In this document: piece after piece, positions 1 through 8,117 of the stretch
Layout of the letters: every line of letters starts with the position of its first letter
Position numbering within the stretch: position 1 is the first letter of the stretch
Source: a virus
Taxonomy: Duplodnaviria; Caudoviricetes
Direction: 5' to 3' (one strand)
IMG/VR virus record: IMGVR_UViG_3300021514_000001
Span: 1 to 59,752 of that record
Length of the DNA stretch: 59,752 bases
The notes under the pieces: model-generated
What the model was told of the DNA's origin: nothing
Databases searched by the model: none
What the model saw: the letters and a program-made list of their open reading frames with translations, nothing else
Position numbers and translations under genes: made by a program

Positions 1-114
1 GGCGGATCGCTGCATCCTGGCGGATCGCTGCATCCTGGCGGATCGCTGCATCCTGGCGGATCGCTGCATCCTGGCGGATCGCTGCATCCTGGCGGATCGC
101 TGCATCCTGGCGGG
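1..114. repeat. 18-bp tandem repeat GGCGGATCGCTGCATCCT, 6 copies plus a partial
   Basis: Read directly; continues the array at the other end of the window. Confidence 0.98.
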
Positions 115-238
115 TCTCTTTCTTCTGTCGCTCCTGCGACATGGCGGAGCGGTGCGCTTCGCACACCATTACAAGTAGTCCCCCTCCCCTTCCCTGGTTG
201 GCGGCGTGTGGAACACTCGTCGCCGGAGACTAGATCAT

Positions 239-451
239 CAGCTATGGAATTGCGGAGTTTGAGGACTCTCAACACGCTTTGTATCGACACTGTGTTGGGA
301 GAGAGGGCCGCGCCGCGCCTGGCTGGGCCGGGGTAAATGACAGAAGAGACTGGAATTGGTTCTGTTTGTAGACTGGATCTGTTCTCGTGCTTAGGCCGAT
401 CTCAGGGTCAAACGCTCAGCAGCTATGGAATTGCCTTAAATTGGGACTCTC
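239..451 (+). repeat. Two 32-bp imperfect direct repeats CAGCTATGGAATTGC-N9-GGACTCTC (239-270, 420-451)
   Basis: 15-bp and 8-bp blocks identical, same spacing in both copies. Confidence 0.85.
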
Positions 452-711
452 TGCTCGTTTGTTCTAAATGGAGAACATTGAACTTAGGAGAGATTGTTCT
501 CAATGGAGGATATTTAGGGAATACGATCGTGTGGTGATAATCCTGGGAGATGGGATAAGTGAACAGAATCGTATGAATTGTTTCAGAACGGAACTGCTAA
601 TTTCTTTTTCTTGATTTGCTATGGCTGAATTCTGACTGATTTAAGACATAGAACATAAGAACTTCAATGAACTAAAATAAATACATGAGTATATCTCATA
701 ATGAGATAACG

Positions 712-773
712 TTGGATATGTTTGGGATATGTTTGGGATAAAAGTGGGATATGTTTGGGATAAATATAAATTA
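712..773 (+). repeat. Short iterated TGGGATA(T/A) / GGATATGTTTG repeats
   Basis: ttggatatgtttgggatatgtttgggataaaagtgggatatgtttgggataaa, followed by an AT-rich stretch. Confidence 0.8.
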
Positions 774-831
774 TTCAGAACAGTTTGATCTTTGTAATTG
801 TTATTGCAAAGATCTCTGATCGACTAATAGA

Positions 832-961
832 TTTTGCGGGACTATTGGGGGGTGTATAGTTTTGCGGGACTATTGGAGAGGATGAGCCGCGCTAGAGGAG
901 TAACGCGGCTCATAACAAAGGATAGGAAGAGAATTAGGACTATATAATTTTGCGGGACTAT
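832..961 (+). repeat. Three copies of TTTTGCGGGACTAT (832, 860, 948) with an internal 10-bp inverted repeat (ATGAGCCGCG/CGCGGCTCAT, 882-913)
   Basis: Read directly. Confidence 0.85.
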
Positions 962-1347
962 CAGCTAGGTTGCACCTCGACATCACGGAAGATCGGTTGC
1001 TTCTTTTTCCGCTTGTTGAGCCGGACTCTAGGCTCGTCTGTATCAAGGCTATCACCAAACAGGTAGAGGCGCAACGAATCGTATGCTCTGGTTGAGAAAA
1101 CTCCGCCTGGGCGCTTGGTTGTGGCAGTTCTTTCGTTGAGCGTTGGCCGGCCTACGTGAGCGAATAGGCGCTTTAGCTCTGGTTCGAGCTTGCCGATTAA
1201 TATTGTTCGGCCCGGCTCGATTAGCTTGACTGGTGATGCCTCATCGTAGAACTCGGTGCTTAGAATGGTGACTCTCGTTTGGAGACTGTTTCCAAATGTT
1301 TGGAAGTAAACCTCGTATGCGTCGAGTATTTTTACTTTTTCATCCAT
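961..1347 (-). CDS. Hypothetical protein
   Basis: ORF; start moved to ATG 1347 (MDEKVK), preceded by an AGGGG RBS and the leftward promoter. Confidence 0.65.
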   Translation of the reverse strand: MDEKVKILDAYEVYFQTFGNSLQTRVTILSTEFYDEASPVKLIEPGRTILIGKLEPELKRLFAHVGRPTLNERTATTKRPGGVFSTRAYDSLRLYLFGDSLDTDEPRVRLNKRKKKQPIFRDVEVQPS

Positions 1348-1471
1348 GTAGTTTCCCCTTGCTTGGACCTGTTTCCTGTGGCTGCTCGTTCGCCTGGGGC
1401 GCACCCTTATGAGAAGTGCGCCCCGTTTAACGAGGAGTTCAATTATGGCCCAACCACGAAACCATATAAGG

Positions 1472-1499
1472 AGTATAACACATAGTCCGTATGACGCAA
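1472..1499 (-). promoter_or_regulatory. Leftward sigma70-type promoter TTGCGT-N16-TATACT
   Basis: Near-consensus hexamers; spacer begins CATACGGACT, as in the rightward promoter at 1703. Confidence 0.6.
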
Positions 1500-1539
1500 G
1501 TAATTAGTGCGTAATCGCTAATCTGGCGTTTTGTAGATC

Positions 1540-1568
1540 TTGCCACGGTATCCGGCATAGGTTATAGT
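1540..1568 (+). promoter_or_regulatory. Promoter TTGCCA-N17-TATAGT for a candidate small RNA
   Basis: Near-consensus hexamers, 17-bp spacer. Confidence 0.55.
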
Positions 1569-1573
1569 GGATC

Positions 1574-1686
1574 TGCTCATTTCCTCTAACGAGGAAGCAT
1601 GGCAACAAGTTCGATACTGGAAGTCCTCCCGGAACATCCTGGCCTCTTTCCCCTTGAGGTCGCTTTGAGCTTGTTGCTTTTGTTTT
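1574..1686 (+). ncRNA. Candidate ~110-nt structured small RNA
   Basis: Downstream of a promoter; hairpin TTCCTC/GAGGAA, then a 14-bp stem (1601-1614 with 1665-1678, three G-U pairs on the + strand) followed by a T-tract. Confidence 0.5.
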
Positions 1687-1702
1687 ATCTACTCATAAAA
1701 GG

Positions 1703-1731
1703 TTGCAACATACGGACTGATACTGTATACT
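1703..1731 (+). promoter_or_regulatory. Rightward promoter TTGCAA-N17-TATACT for the replication operon
   Basis: Near-consensus, with TG extended -10; about 30 nt upstream of ORF 1763. Confidence 0.7.
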
Positions 1732-1762
1732 GTGTTGACTGAGCAAAATTAGCGAAGGGGTA

Positions 1763-2728
1763 ATGATTATGAAAGAACATGCGAAATTATTATTTCATGA
1801 AGTGCGGCGGGGATTAACACAATCCCCACTGGTACGAGTTGATGTGCAAAAGTTTGCAGATTCGCTTGGTGTTACATTGAGATCTGCACAAAGATACATT
1901 CAAGAACTTGATATTTATAAAGGCAAAAAGTATGAAACATATAGGCGAAAGAATGATGGTAGTCGCTATTTCAAAACGCTAGATTCAATATCTTTTGGCG
2001 CTTTGATGATGGACGAAGATCATGTCTTTTCCCCTATTCCTGAAACGACAAACGACAGGAACGACAGGAACGACAGCCTTCTTAGTATATATATATATAC
2101 TAAGAAGAAAAAAGAAGATCTTAAGAAGGGGCTGTCGTTTGTCGATCCTGAAACGACAGCGGTTTCAGGTAACGGTGGTAAACCGGAAGAAATTACTATC
2201 TGGTATGACGAAACTTCTGGTGCTATGCAGGAGCTTGCGTCTGCTGTTTGTCACGTCTGTAAACTGTCTGCTCTTCTTCTGCTTGATGAGGATGAATATA
2301 AGATCGCAAAGCTGTTCCGCGCTGGCGTTGAGGGACCGGCGGTTCTCGAACGATATGCTTTTGAAAATCGTCCTAATTATTGGTGGTCAGGTTTCTGGAA
2401 AGGCAGGGACAAGAACGCACGGCCGTCTATTGTTGATATTATGCAGACTTGGAAAAAATCCCATGGCTATGTCTATCATCCACATCATGCGTGGCCTGGC
2501 GTTGCTGAGATCCAAAAGACGATCAAAGCGATCATGATTGACAGTGGAGCAAAGAAGCCTAAAACTGCACTTGAGGAAATGTCAAAATACGGATACGATG
2601 AAATAGTGAACCGAATCCCTGGTGGATATATTCACATGACAAGAATGTCCGTTGACAAAATGAATATTGAAATCGCTAAGTCTGTAAGGGCGATTCGAGA
2701 AGAAGAAAAAGAGCTAATCAGGGAGTAA
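1763..2728 (+). CDS. Phage replication initiator (N-terminal HTH, lambda O-like organisation)
   Basis: HTH-like VQKFADSLGVTLRSAQRYIQEL; low-complexity linker encoded by iterons; directly upstream of DnaB. Confidence 0.7.
   Translation: MIMKEHAKLLFHEVRRGLTQSPLVRVDVQKFADSLGVTLRSAQRYIQELDIYKGKKYETYRRKNDGSRYFKTLDSISFGALMMDEDHVFSPIPETTNDRNDRNDSLLSIYIYTKKKKEDLKKGLSFVDPETTAVSGNGGKPEEITIWYDETSGAMQELASAVCHVCKLSALLLLDEDEYKIAKLFRAGVEGPAVLERYAFENRPNYWWSGFWKGRDKNARPSIVDIMQTWKKSHGYVYHPHHAWPGVAEIQKTIKAIMIDSGAKKPKTALEEMSKYGYDEIVNRIPGGYIHMTRMSVDKMNIEIAKSVRAIREEEKELIRE
2044..2160. other. Putative replication origin inside the initiator gene
   Basis: AACGACA(G) x4 (2044-2076), perfect 30-bp palindrome CTTCTTAG(TA)7CTAAGAAG (2078-2107), inverted iteron GCTGTCGTTTGTCG (2131-2144), another AACGACAG near 2152. 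Confidence 0.75.
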
Positions 2729-2734
2729 TTAAAT

Positions 2735-4111
2735 ATGACATCAACCACGAACCATAGCCGATCCAACGGCCATACGGCCGGCGTTCAAGAAGTAGAACAG
2801 CTTCCACCACATAACTATGAAGCAGAAGAGGCGTTGCTTGGATCTATATTTATTGATTCTGATCGTTTGGCAGAACTGACGCTTACGGCCGAAGCGTTCT
2901 TCGATGGTTTTCATCGCGCCACATTCAAAGCAATTAAAAAAATTCGGGCAGCTAGACAGCCAATAGACTTCATCACTGTTGCCGACGAGCTTCGTGGTAA
3001 AGGGATTGAGAAAGAGGACAAACTTATTGGCCTATTAACGGCCGTTCCGACCTCCACTAACATCCTAGGCTACGAAGAAATTGTACTTAACCTGTATAAC
3101 AAGCGGCAGATCATTGCGCTTGCGGGTCGTATGGCGACAAACGCTTTTGATGCTGAGGAAAGTACAGATGGCATTATTGCCGATACCCTGGAACGGGCGC
3201 GATCGATTGGGGCCGATAATGATAAAGACTCTCCACAAAGCTCTTACGATGTCAGTGTTGATGTCCTGGAAACACTGAGCCTAAGACGGACCGACAAGGA
3301 TGCGCGTGAAAAAGCAGGATTAAAGACGGGCCTCCTCGACATGGATAGATTACTGCAGGGGATCTCTCCCGGCTCCCTTGTCATTTGCGCGGCAAGACCA
3401 GGCATGGGCAAGAGCGTCTTGGAGCAGTCGATAAGACTGAATGTCGCAAAAGTCGAGAAGAAGGTTGCTACATTCAATTTGGAAATGACTGCTGAACAAT
3501 TAACTATTCGCGCCCTATCAGCCAGGATGCAGACTGACTTCAAGAGCATTGAACATCCGTTTGGCCTAAGCGATCAATATTGGGAACTACTAAACAAGTC
3601 TATTGGTGAGCTATCTGTCCTGCCTATGTTCATCGACACTTCGGCTGCGCTGTCCATTGCTCAGCTTGAATCGAAGGTACATCGGCTGTTCTCTGAGCAT
3701 GGGCATTTTGATTTAATTACAATTGATTACCTCCAGCTGATGCGGGGGAAGGAGGGGGAGAGAAATAGAGTTCTCGAAGTCGGGCAGATAAGTCGCGGAA
3801 TGAAGAAGCTGGCGAAAGAATTAAATACGGTGGTGTGGGCTAATGCACAGGTGAATCGCAATGTCGAGCTACGTGCAATTAAAAAACCAACTCTTTCGGA
3901 TCTGCGGGAAAGCGGTGATATTGAGCAGGATGCCGACATTGTGATGTTCCTTTATCGGGATGAGTATTACAACAAAGAAACGGAGCGAATGAATATTGTC
4001 GAGATTGATATTGCCAAGAACCGCAACGGAGAACTTGGGCAGGTCGATCTTTATTTTAGTGGCAAGAAAATGATGATTAGAAATCTTTCAGTGGGAAGTA
4101 TTAACTTATGA
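2735..4111 (+). CDS. dnaB: Replicative DNA helicase DnaB
   Basis: N-terminal PPHNYEAEEALLGS; Walker A AARPGMGKS; IDYLQLM; LSDLRESGDIEQDADIVMFLYRDEYY; IAKNRNG. Confidence 0.97.
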   Translation: MTSTTNHSRSNGHTAGVQEVEQLPPHNYEAEEALLGSIFIDSDRLAELTLTAEAFFDGFHRATFKAIKKIRAARQPIDFITVADELRGKGIEKEDKLIGLLTAVPTSTNILGYEEIVLNLYNKRQIIALAGRMATNAFDAEESTDGIIADTLERARSIGADNDKDSPQSSYDVSVDVLETLSLRRTDKDAREKAGLKTGLLDMDRLLQGISPGSLVICAARPGMGKSVLEQSIRLNVAKVEKKVATFNLEMTAEQLTIRALSARMQTDFKSIEHPFGLSDQYWELLNKSIGELSVLPMFIDTSAALSIAQLESKVHRLFSEHGHFDLITIDYLQLMRGKEGERNRVLEVGQISRGMKKLAKELNTVVWANAQVNRNVELRAIKKPTLSDLRESGDIEQDADIVMFLYRDEYYNKETERMNIVEIDIAKNRNGELGQVDLYFSGKKMMIRNLSVGSINL

Positions 4112-4596
4112 GCAACACACAATTTAATAAGCCAACACGTAGGCGCCGAAGAAAAACGGCCGACATTGAACACCAGATCCAAGTGTCTCAAGTTGCCTGG
4201 ACTGAATGGCAGGGAATTATTTGGCCGGAACTCCAATCAATCTATGCTGTTCCTAATCAGGGGAAAAGGAGTGTTCAGGGCTACGGCCGTATGAAAGACG
4301 AGGGCTTGAAAACTGGACAATGGGATCTTTGTCTCCCTGTCCCCCGGCGAGGGCATGGCGCTTTGTACATAGAGAATAAAATACCGGATAATCCAAAAAG
4401 CAAACTTTCTCCCCATCAGATTAAACGCGGTAAGATCCTTTCTGATGCCGGCAATCTTTGCTATGTGATTCGCTCCTATGAAGATTTTGTTACGCTTGTC
4501 ACCTGGTATTTGGGATATGAAGATCCAATGCACCCCGTTATTTTCTCGCAAGGGGAGCTGTGGGAGTATGAAATTGGCGCTGAGCTGCCATACTAA
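4108..4596 (+). CDS. VRR-NUC-like PD-(D/E)XK nuclease (putative junction resolvase)
   Basis: EHQIQ...AVPNQG...GLKTGQWDL...LYIENK...LSPHQ pattern. Confidence 0.8.
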   Translation: MSNTQFNKPTRRRRRKTADIEHQIQVSQVAWTEWQGIIWPELQSIYAVPNQGKRSVQGYGRMKDEGLKTGQWDLCLPVPRRGHGALYIENKIPDNPKSKLSPHQIKRGKILSDAGNLCYVIRSYEDFVTLVTWYLGYEDPMHPVIFSQGELWEYEIGAELPY

Positions 4597-4608
4597 AAGG
4601 GGAAATTT

Positions 4609-5526
4609 ATGAAACAAATAACACCTTCCAATCTCATGCCTGAGTTTACGGCAAATAACAAGCTTGTAGATACGCCACCAAAGCGGCCGTTGGCTCGCTA
4701 TCCTGGAAGTAAGAATCGTATCGCTGAATGGATCATCTCTTACTTTCCTGGCTACCATGATACTTTCATTCTGCCTTATGGTGGGATGACAGCCACACTG
4801 TTCAAGAAAGCCAGATCCGGCATTGAAGTTATCAATGATCTTAATGACGACATTATTCATCTGTTTCGCACCCTGCGAAATTATGAGGATGATCTGATCC
4901 ATGCCATTTGCTATACGCCATGGTCTGAGAAAAGCTTGGCTGAGGCACTTGAACCAACGGATGATCCTGTAGAACGTGCCAGGCGCTTTTTTGTTCTGCT
5001 GTGGATGTCACTTCAACCTTATGATAAGAATCCGTCTTTCCGCAGGCAGTATGTATACAGTCGTGGACATGATGGGAAAAACTCGATGGTAGCTGCGGCG
5101 AAGCTGTTCATGGATATTGACTATCTTCATGACATCGCGGGCAGATTGCGCGGGGTTGTAATCGAGCACATGGAGGCAACAGATATTATCCAGATGTACG
5201 ATTATTCTCGCGCTTTGTTTTATTGTGACCCGCCCTATGTTCATTCTACTCGTAAGCGAACTGTCCACTACCTGCACGAAATGAGCGTGCAGCATCATAC
5301 AAAGCTGGCAGATGTGTTAAATGAGATCTCCGGTATGGCGATTGTAAGCGGCTATGCTTGCGACTTGTACTCGGCTCTGTATGAGGACAATGGTTGGGAG
5401 CGTGTAGATCGCCTAGCCAGAACAAGCGGAAGGGACAAGGTTGAATCTGTTTGGCTTAACCCTCGTGTTATCCTTGAACTTGAAGAAGAACACGTTTCGA
5501 CTGAAACGCAGTTGAGTTTATTCTAA
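4609..5526 (+). CDS. DNA adenine methyltransferase, D12/Dam class
   Basis: RYPGSK, EVINDLNDDI and catalytic YCDPPY; motif I is atypical (LPYGG rather than EPFxG). Confidence 0.9.
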   Translation: MKQITPSNLMPEFTANNKLVDTPPKRPLARYPGSKNRIAEWIISYFPGYHDTFILPYGGMTATLFKKARSGIEVINDLNDDIIHLFRTLRNYEDDLIHAICYTPWSEKSLAEALEPTDDPVERARRFFVLLWMSLQPYDKNPSFRRQYVYSRGHDGKNSMVAAAKLFMDIDYLHDIAGRLRGVVIEHMEATDIIQMYDYSRALFYCDPPYVHSTRKRTVHYLHEMSVQHHTKLADVLNEISGMAIVSGYACDLYSALYEDNGWERVDRLARTSGRDKVESVWLNPRVILELEEEHVSTETQLSLF

Positions 5527-5536
5527 GGAGCAGTCT

Positions 5537-5764
5537 ATGTACGAAGAAACAAATCAGGAAACGATTGTTTATAAATGTCGCGTATGCGGTAAGGAACATG
5601 CCATAAGCGGCAGCTATATGACTGAAATCGCACAGCGTTTTATAGATCTTGGATGGGGAAACCATGCAGTAGATCGTGGTGCGCGCGTAGATTATATTGT
5701 TCTTTGCAAGGAACATAATACAGCGGATAGAGTTGCGCTCATGAGGGAGTATGGCAATGGCTAA
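5537..5764 (+). CDS. Small hypothetical protein, possible zinc-binding (CRVC...CKEH)
   Basis: ORF with AAGGAG RBS, in operon. Confidence 0.6.
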   Translation: MYEETNQETIVYKCRVCGKEHAISGSYMTEIAQRFIDLGWGNHAVDRGARVDYIVLCKEHNTADRVALMREYGNG

Positions 5765-5957
5765 AAAACTTAAACGAGGAACAAAGCACGGCCGTGGTAA
5801 AGGGAAATGGCGGATCGAAAGACGAAAGTATAAGAAAAAGGACGGGTCCGTGTCACATTACTGGAATTACCGTGAAAGGGCTATTCGCAAATCGTCAAGC
5901 GGCAAACGTAAGATACGCTATCGGAAGGGTGGAAAGGGACGAAAGGCAGGCAGATAA
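5751..5957 (+). CDS. Small, extremely basic (K/R/G-rich) protein, putative nucleic-acid binder
   Basis: ORF with GGGAG RBS, overlapping the upstream gene. Confidence 0.6.
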   Translation: MAMAKKLKRGTKHGRGKGKWRIERRKYKKKDGSVSHYWNYRERAIRKSSSGKRKIRYRKGGKGRKAGR

Positions 5958-5960
5958 TCC

Positions 5961-5989
5961 TTGCTTTTATTTCCTGTTGGGACTATACT
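5961..5989 (+). promoter_or_regulatory. Promoter TTGCTT-N17-TATACT
   Basis: Near-consensus hexamers in the intergenic gap before 6024. Confidence 0.5.
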
Positions 5990-6023
5990 CAGTACGTAAT
6001 TGAGCGTTACAAAAGGGGATTAA

Positions 6024-6752
6024 ATGGAAAAAATAGAAGATAAAGAAATAAACCAATATTTTATAAGCGGTCTGCCTATTCATGAATATGGTGTTGTCAT
6101 GGTGCGGGTTGCAGATGGTACGTATTTTACAAATGTTCCTGTAGCTGTTATCCATCACTCCCCGACTGGATTTTCCTGGGGCTATGGTGGTAGCGGGCCT
6201 GCCGATATGGCACTCAATATCCTTGAGTATGTGGTAAGGTTTCTTGGTTTGGCTAAGGGAGAATCTGTAAAGGTATATTCTGGTACATGCAGCGCCGAAG
6301 CCTGGGATCTGCATCAGTCATTTAAAAGACTATTCCTTGAGGATGTTCCCAAGAACGGGGGCGTTATATCCTGGTCTGAAATTCGTAACTGGCTGTCAGT
6401 TTCTCTTGATGCCCTGCTTCCAAATCCTGTTATCCCTGAGCGTAGATTGGTTATTGCTTACCCGAAAGAATATTTTGATGATTTTATTAAAGGGCATCCT
6501 AATTCTGATACAAGATTGAGCCGGTATGCGTTTCTTGCTCGTGTAGAAGAGATGGCCATGGAGGTTGATCCTGAGATAGATGTCGTAACTGCACCTTATT
6601 CGATGGAATATTACGGCGGCTCTTTTATCATTAATGATTCGAGCGATGGAAAAAAATCTGGCGAACTGGCAAAGTATATTAGGGAAACGATCTTTAATCT
6701 GTTTTCTAATCCTGGGGAATGGCTGATAAAAAAGGGATCTATTAATGTGTGA
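6024..6752 (+). CDS. DUF6166-like protein with an extra C-terminal domain
   Basis: Motif HHSPTGFSWGYGGSGPADMALNIL...LHQSFK. Confidence 0.7.
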   Translation: MEKIEDKEINQYFISGLPIHEYGVVMVRVADGTYFTNVPVAVIHHSPTGFSWGYGGSGPADMALNILEYVVRFLGLAKGESVKVYSGTCSAEAWDLHQSFKRLFLEDVPKNGGVISWSEIRNWLSVSLDALLPNPVIPERRLVIAYPKEYFDDFIKGHPNSDTRLSRYAFLARVEEMAMEVDPEIDVVTAPYSMEYYGGSFIINDSSDGKKSGELAKYIRETIFNLFSNPGEWLIKKGSINV

Positions 6753-7005
6753 TGCTACTGTGACAATTGAAAGACCAGAGAATATTAACTCTAAAGAGGC
6801 CTATAATATGGCTACGTTATGGGCAGCATGGGAGATAATGAATGATGATACTTCTCCAACAGCCGGGTTGTCGATTAACGAAAGGCGAGCATTGCGGCGA
6901 GATAAGTTAAAAGACCTGCACAGGATTAGCAAATTGAGACTGGCAATTGATGAGATCGCTCAAGAATATCAAGTAGATATGTCAAGATACAAGTATCTGA
7001 AATAG
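6745..7005 (+). CDS. Hypothetical protein
   Basis: ORF coupled to its neighbours. Confidence 0.6.
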   Translation: MCDATVTIERPENINSKEAYNMATLWAAWEIMNDDTSPTAGLSINERRALRRDKLKDLHRISKLRLAIDEIAQEYQVDMSRYKYLK

Positions 7006-7014
7006 AGAACCGGC

Positions 7015-7638
7015 GTGATAAAGATCTCGCCGGTGAGACTTGTTATGAAAACCCGTACGCAGCTTGATTTAATTAGTGAGACAAACCGAACAATGGGCAG
7101 CATGATTGTTTGGTTTGCTGTCTTTGTAGTTTCTTCTCTGACATATGCCTTTAGTGTTACTGATTTGTCAGATGCGGGGGCGATTGTGCTACTCTCCTCA
7201 ATTTCCGTTTCTTCGTTTGTTGTGGTTCTTTATTCTTTCAGATACTCACGGATGAATGGCATGATGCGGGAAGGCGAGAAAAAAAAGTCTCCACAGAAAA
7301 AGGCGGATGACATCCTTGAATTTAGAAGCGAACAGAAAACTACTCCCGTTCGTCTTGAAACAAGTGATAAAAATCAGATTAAGATAGGCAGATATGAATA
7401 CTCGCAAGCGGAATGGAGGGCGATCTATAATTCTCTTAAAGATGCAGGCTGGCATTGGAATAGGGAGAACGTTGCAGCCGCCGGTGTTATTAAATCGATC
7501 ACAGCAAAAGGTGTGTTTCCGGCTTTTCAAAAGGAGCTTGTAAAGCTCAATGTTTTGAACCTTGCTGACAGAAAAATCACATCTGATGGCCGTGCGGCAT
7601 TGCGTTGTGCGGCAGGGGTTAGGATCATTACAAGATGA
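7015..7638 (+). CDS. Membrane protein (two predicted TM helices, soluble C-terminal domain)
   Basis: Hydrophobic MIVWFAVFVVSSLTYAF and AGAIVLLSSISVSSFVVVLY. Confidence 0.7.
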   Translation: MIKISPVRLVMKTRTQLDLISETNRTMGSMIVWFAVFVVSSLTYAFSVTDLSDAGAIVLLSSISVSSFVVVLYSFRYSRMNGMMREGEKKKSPQKKADDILEFRSEQKTTPVRLETSDKNQIKIGRYEYSQAEWRAIYNSLKDAGWHWNRENVAAAGVIKSITAKGVFPAFQKELVKLNVLNLADRKITSDGRAALRCAAGVRIITR

Positions 7639-8117
7639 CCCCCCTACTGACTTCTGAGAAAAGCAATCCTCGCGCGGGCAGGCGAAAAGGAAATCCAGAT
7701 AATGTATCCAGGAGTGAATATCCAATGGATTATCGAGTATCCGGCCCTGCGGATAGTGCAGATCGCCCCGTTGCACCTGCAACCTGGCGCGTAGGGAGTA
7801 GAACGATGACTGAGCGCACCAATGAGCGTAATAACGAAAAACTGCGTAAGAGAGCGATTCTAGAGAGAGGGCAGTATTCGACGATTGCGGCTATGGAAAA
7901 GGAAACTGGCGTGAATCGCGGAACTATTTTTAGAGTTATATATGAAAAAGGAAACTCTCCTGGCTTACGTCGTTTGTGGGGTATTCCTAAGCACCCTCGC
8001 CGGGTAAGATTGACGATTAATTGCACAGAAGATGACCTTGAACGATATGACTACCTTCGAGGGGAGATGACACGGAACGAATTTCTTGCTATGCTGTTAG
8101 ATAAAGCAGTCTTTTAG
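7635..8117 (+). CDS. DNA-binding protein: HTH plus possible ribbon-helix-helix (start may be 7806)
   Basis: TIAAMEKETGVNRGTIFRVI (HTH); RVRLTINCTEDDLERYD...TRNEFLAMLL (RHH-like). Confidence 0.6.
   Translation: MTPLLTSEKSNPRAGRRKGNPDNVSRSEYPMDYRVSGPADSADRPVAPATWRVGSRTMTERTNERNNEKLRKRAILERGQYSTIAAMEKETGVNRGTIFRVIYEKGNSPGLRRLWGIPKHPRRVRLTINCTEDDLERYDYLRGEMTRNEFLAMLLDKAVF

Noticed and set aside
1-114. CRISPR array
   Set aside because: Units are contiguous with no spacers, and there are no cas genes
2022-2537. Overlapping 171-aa ORF within the initiator gene
   Set aside because: Alternative frame with no RBS or recognisable motif
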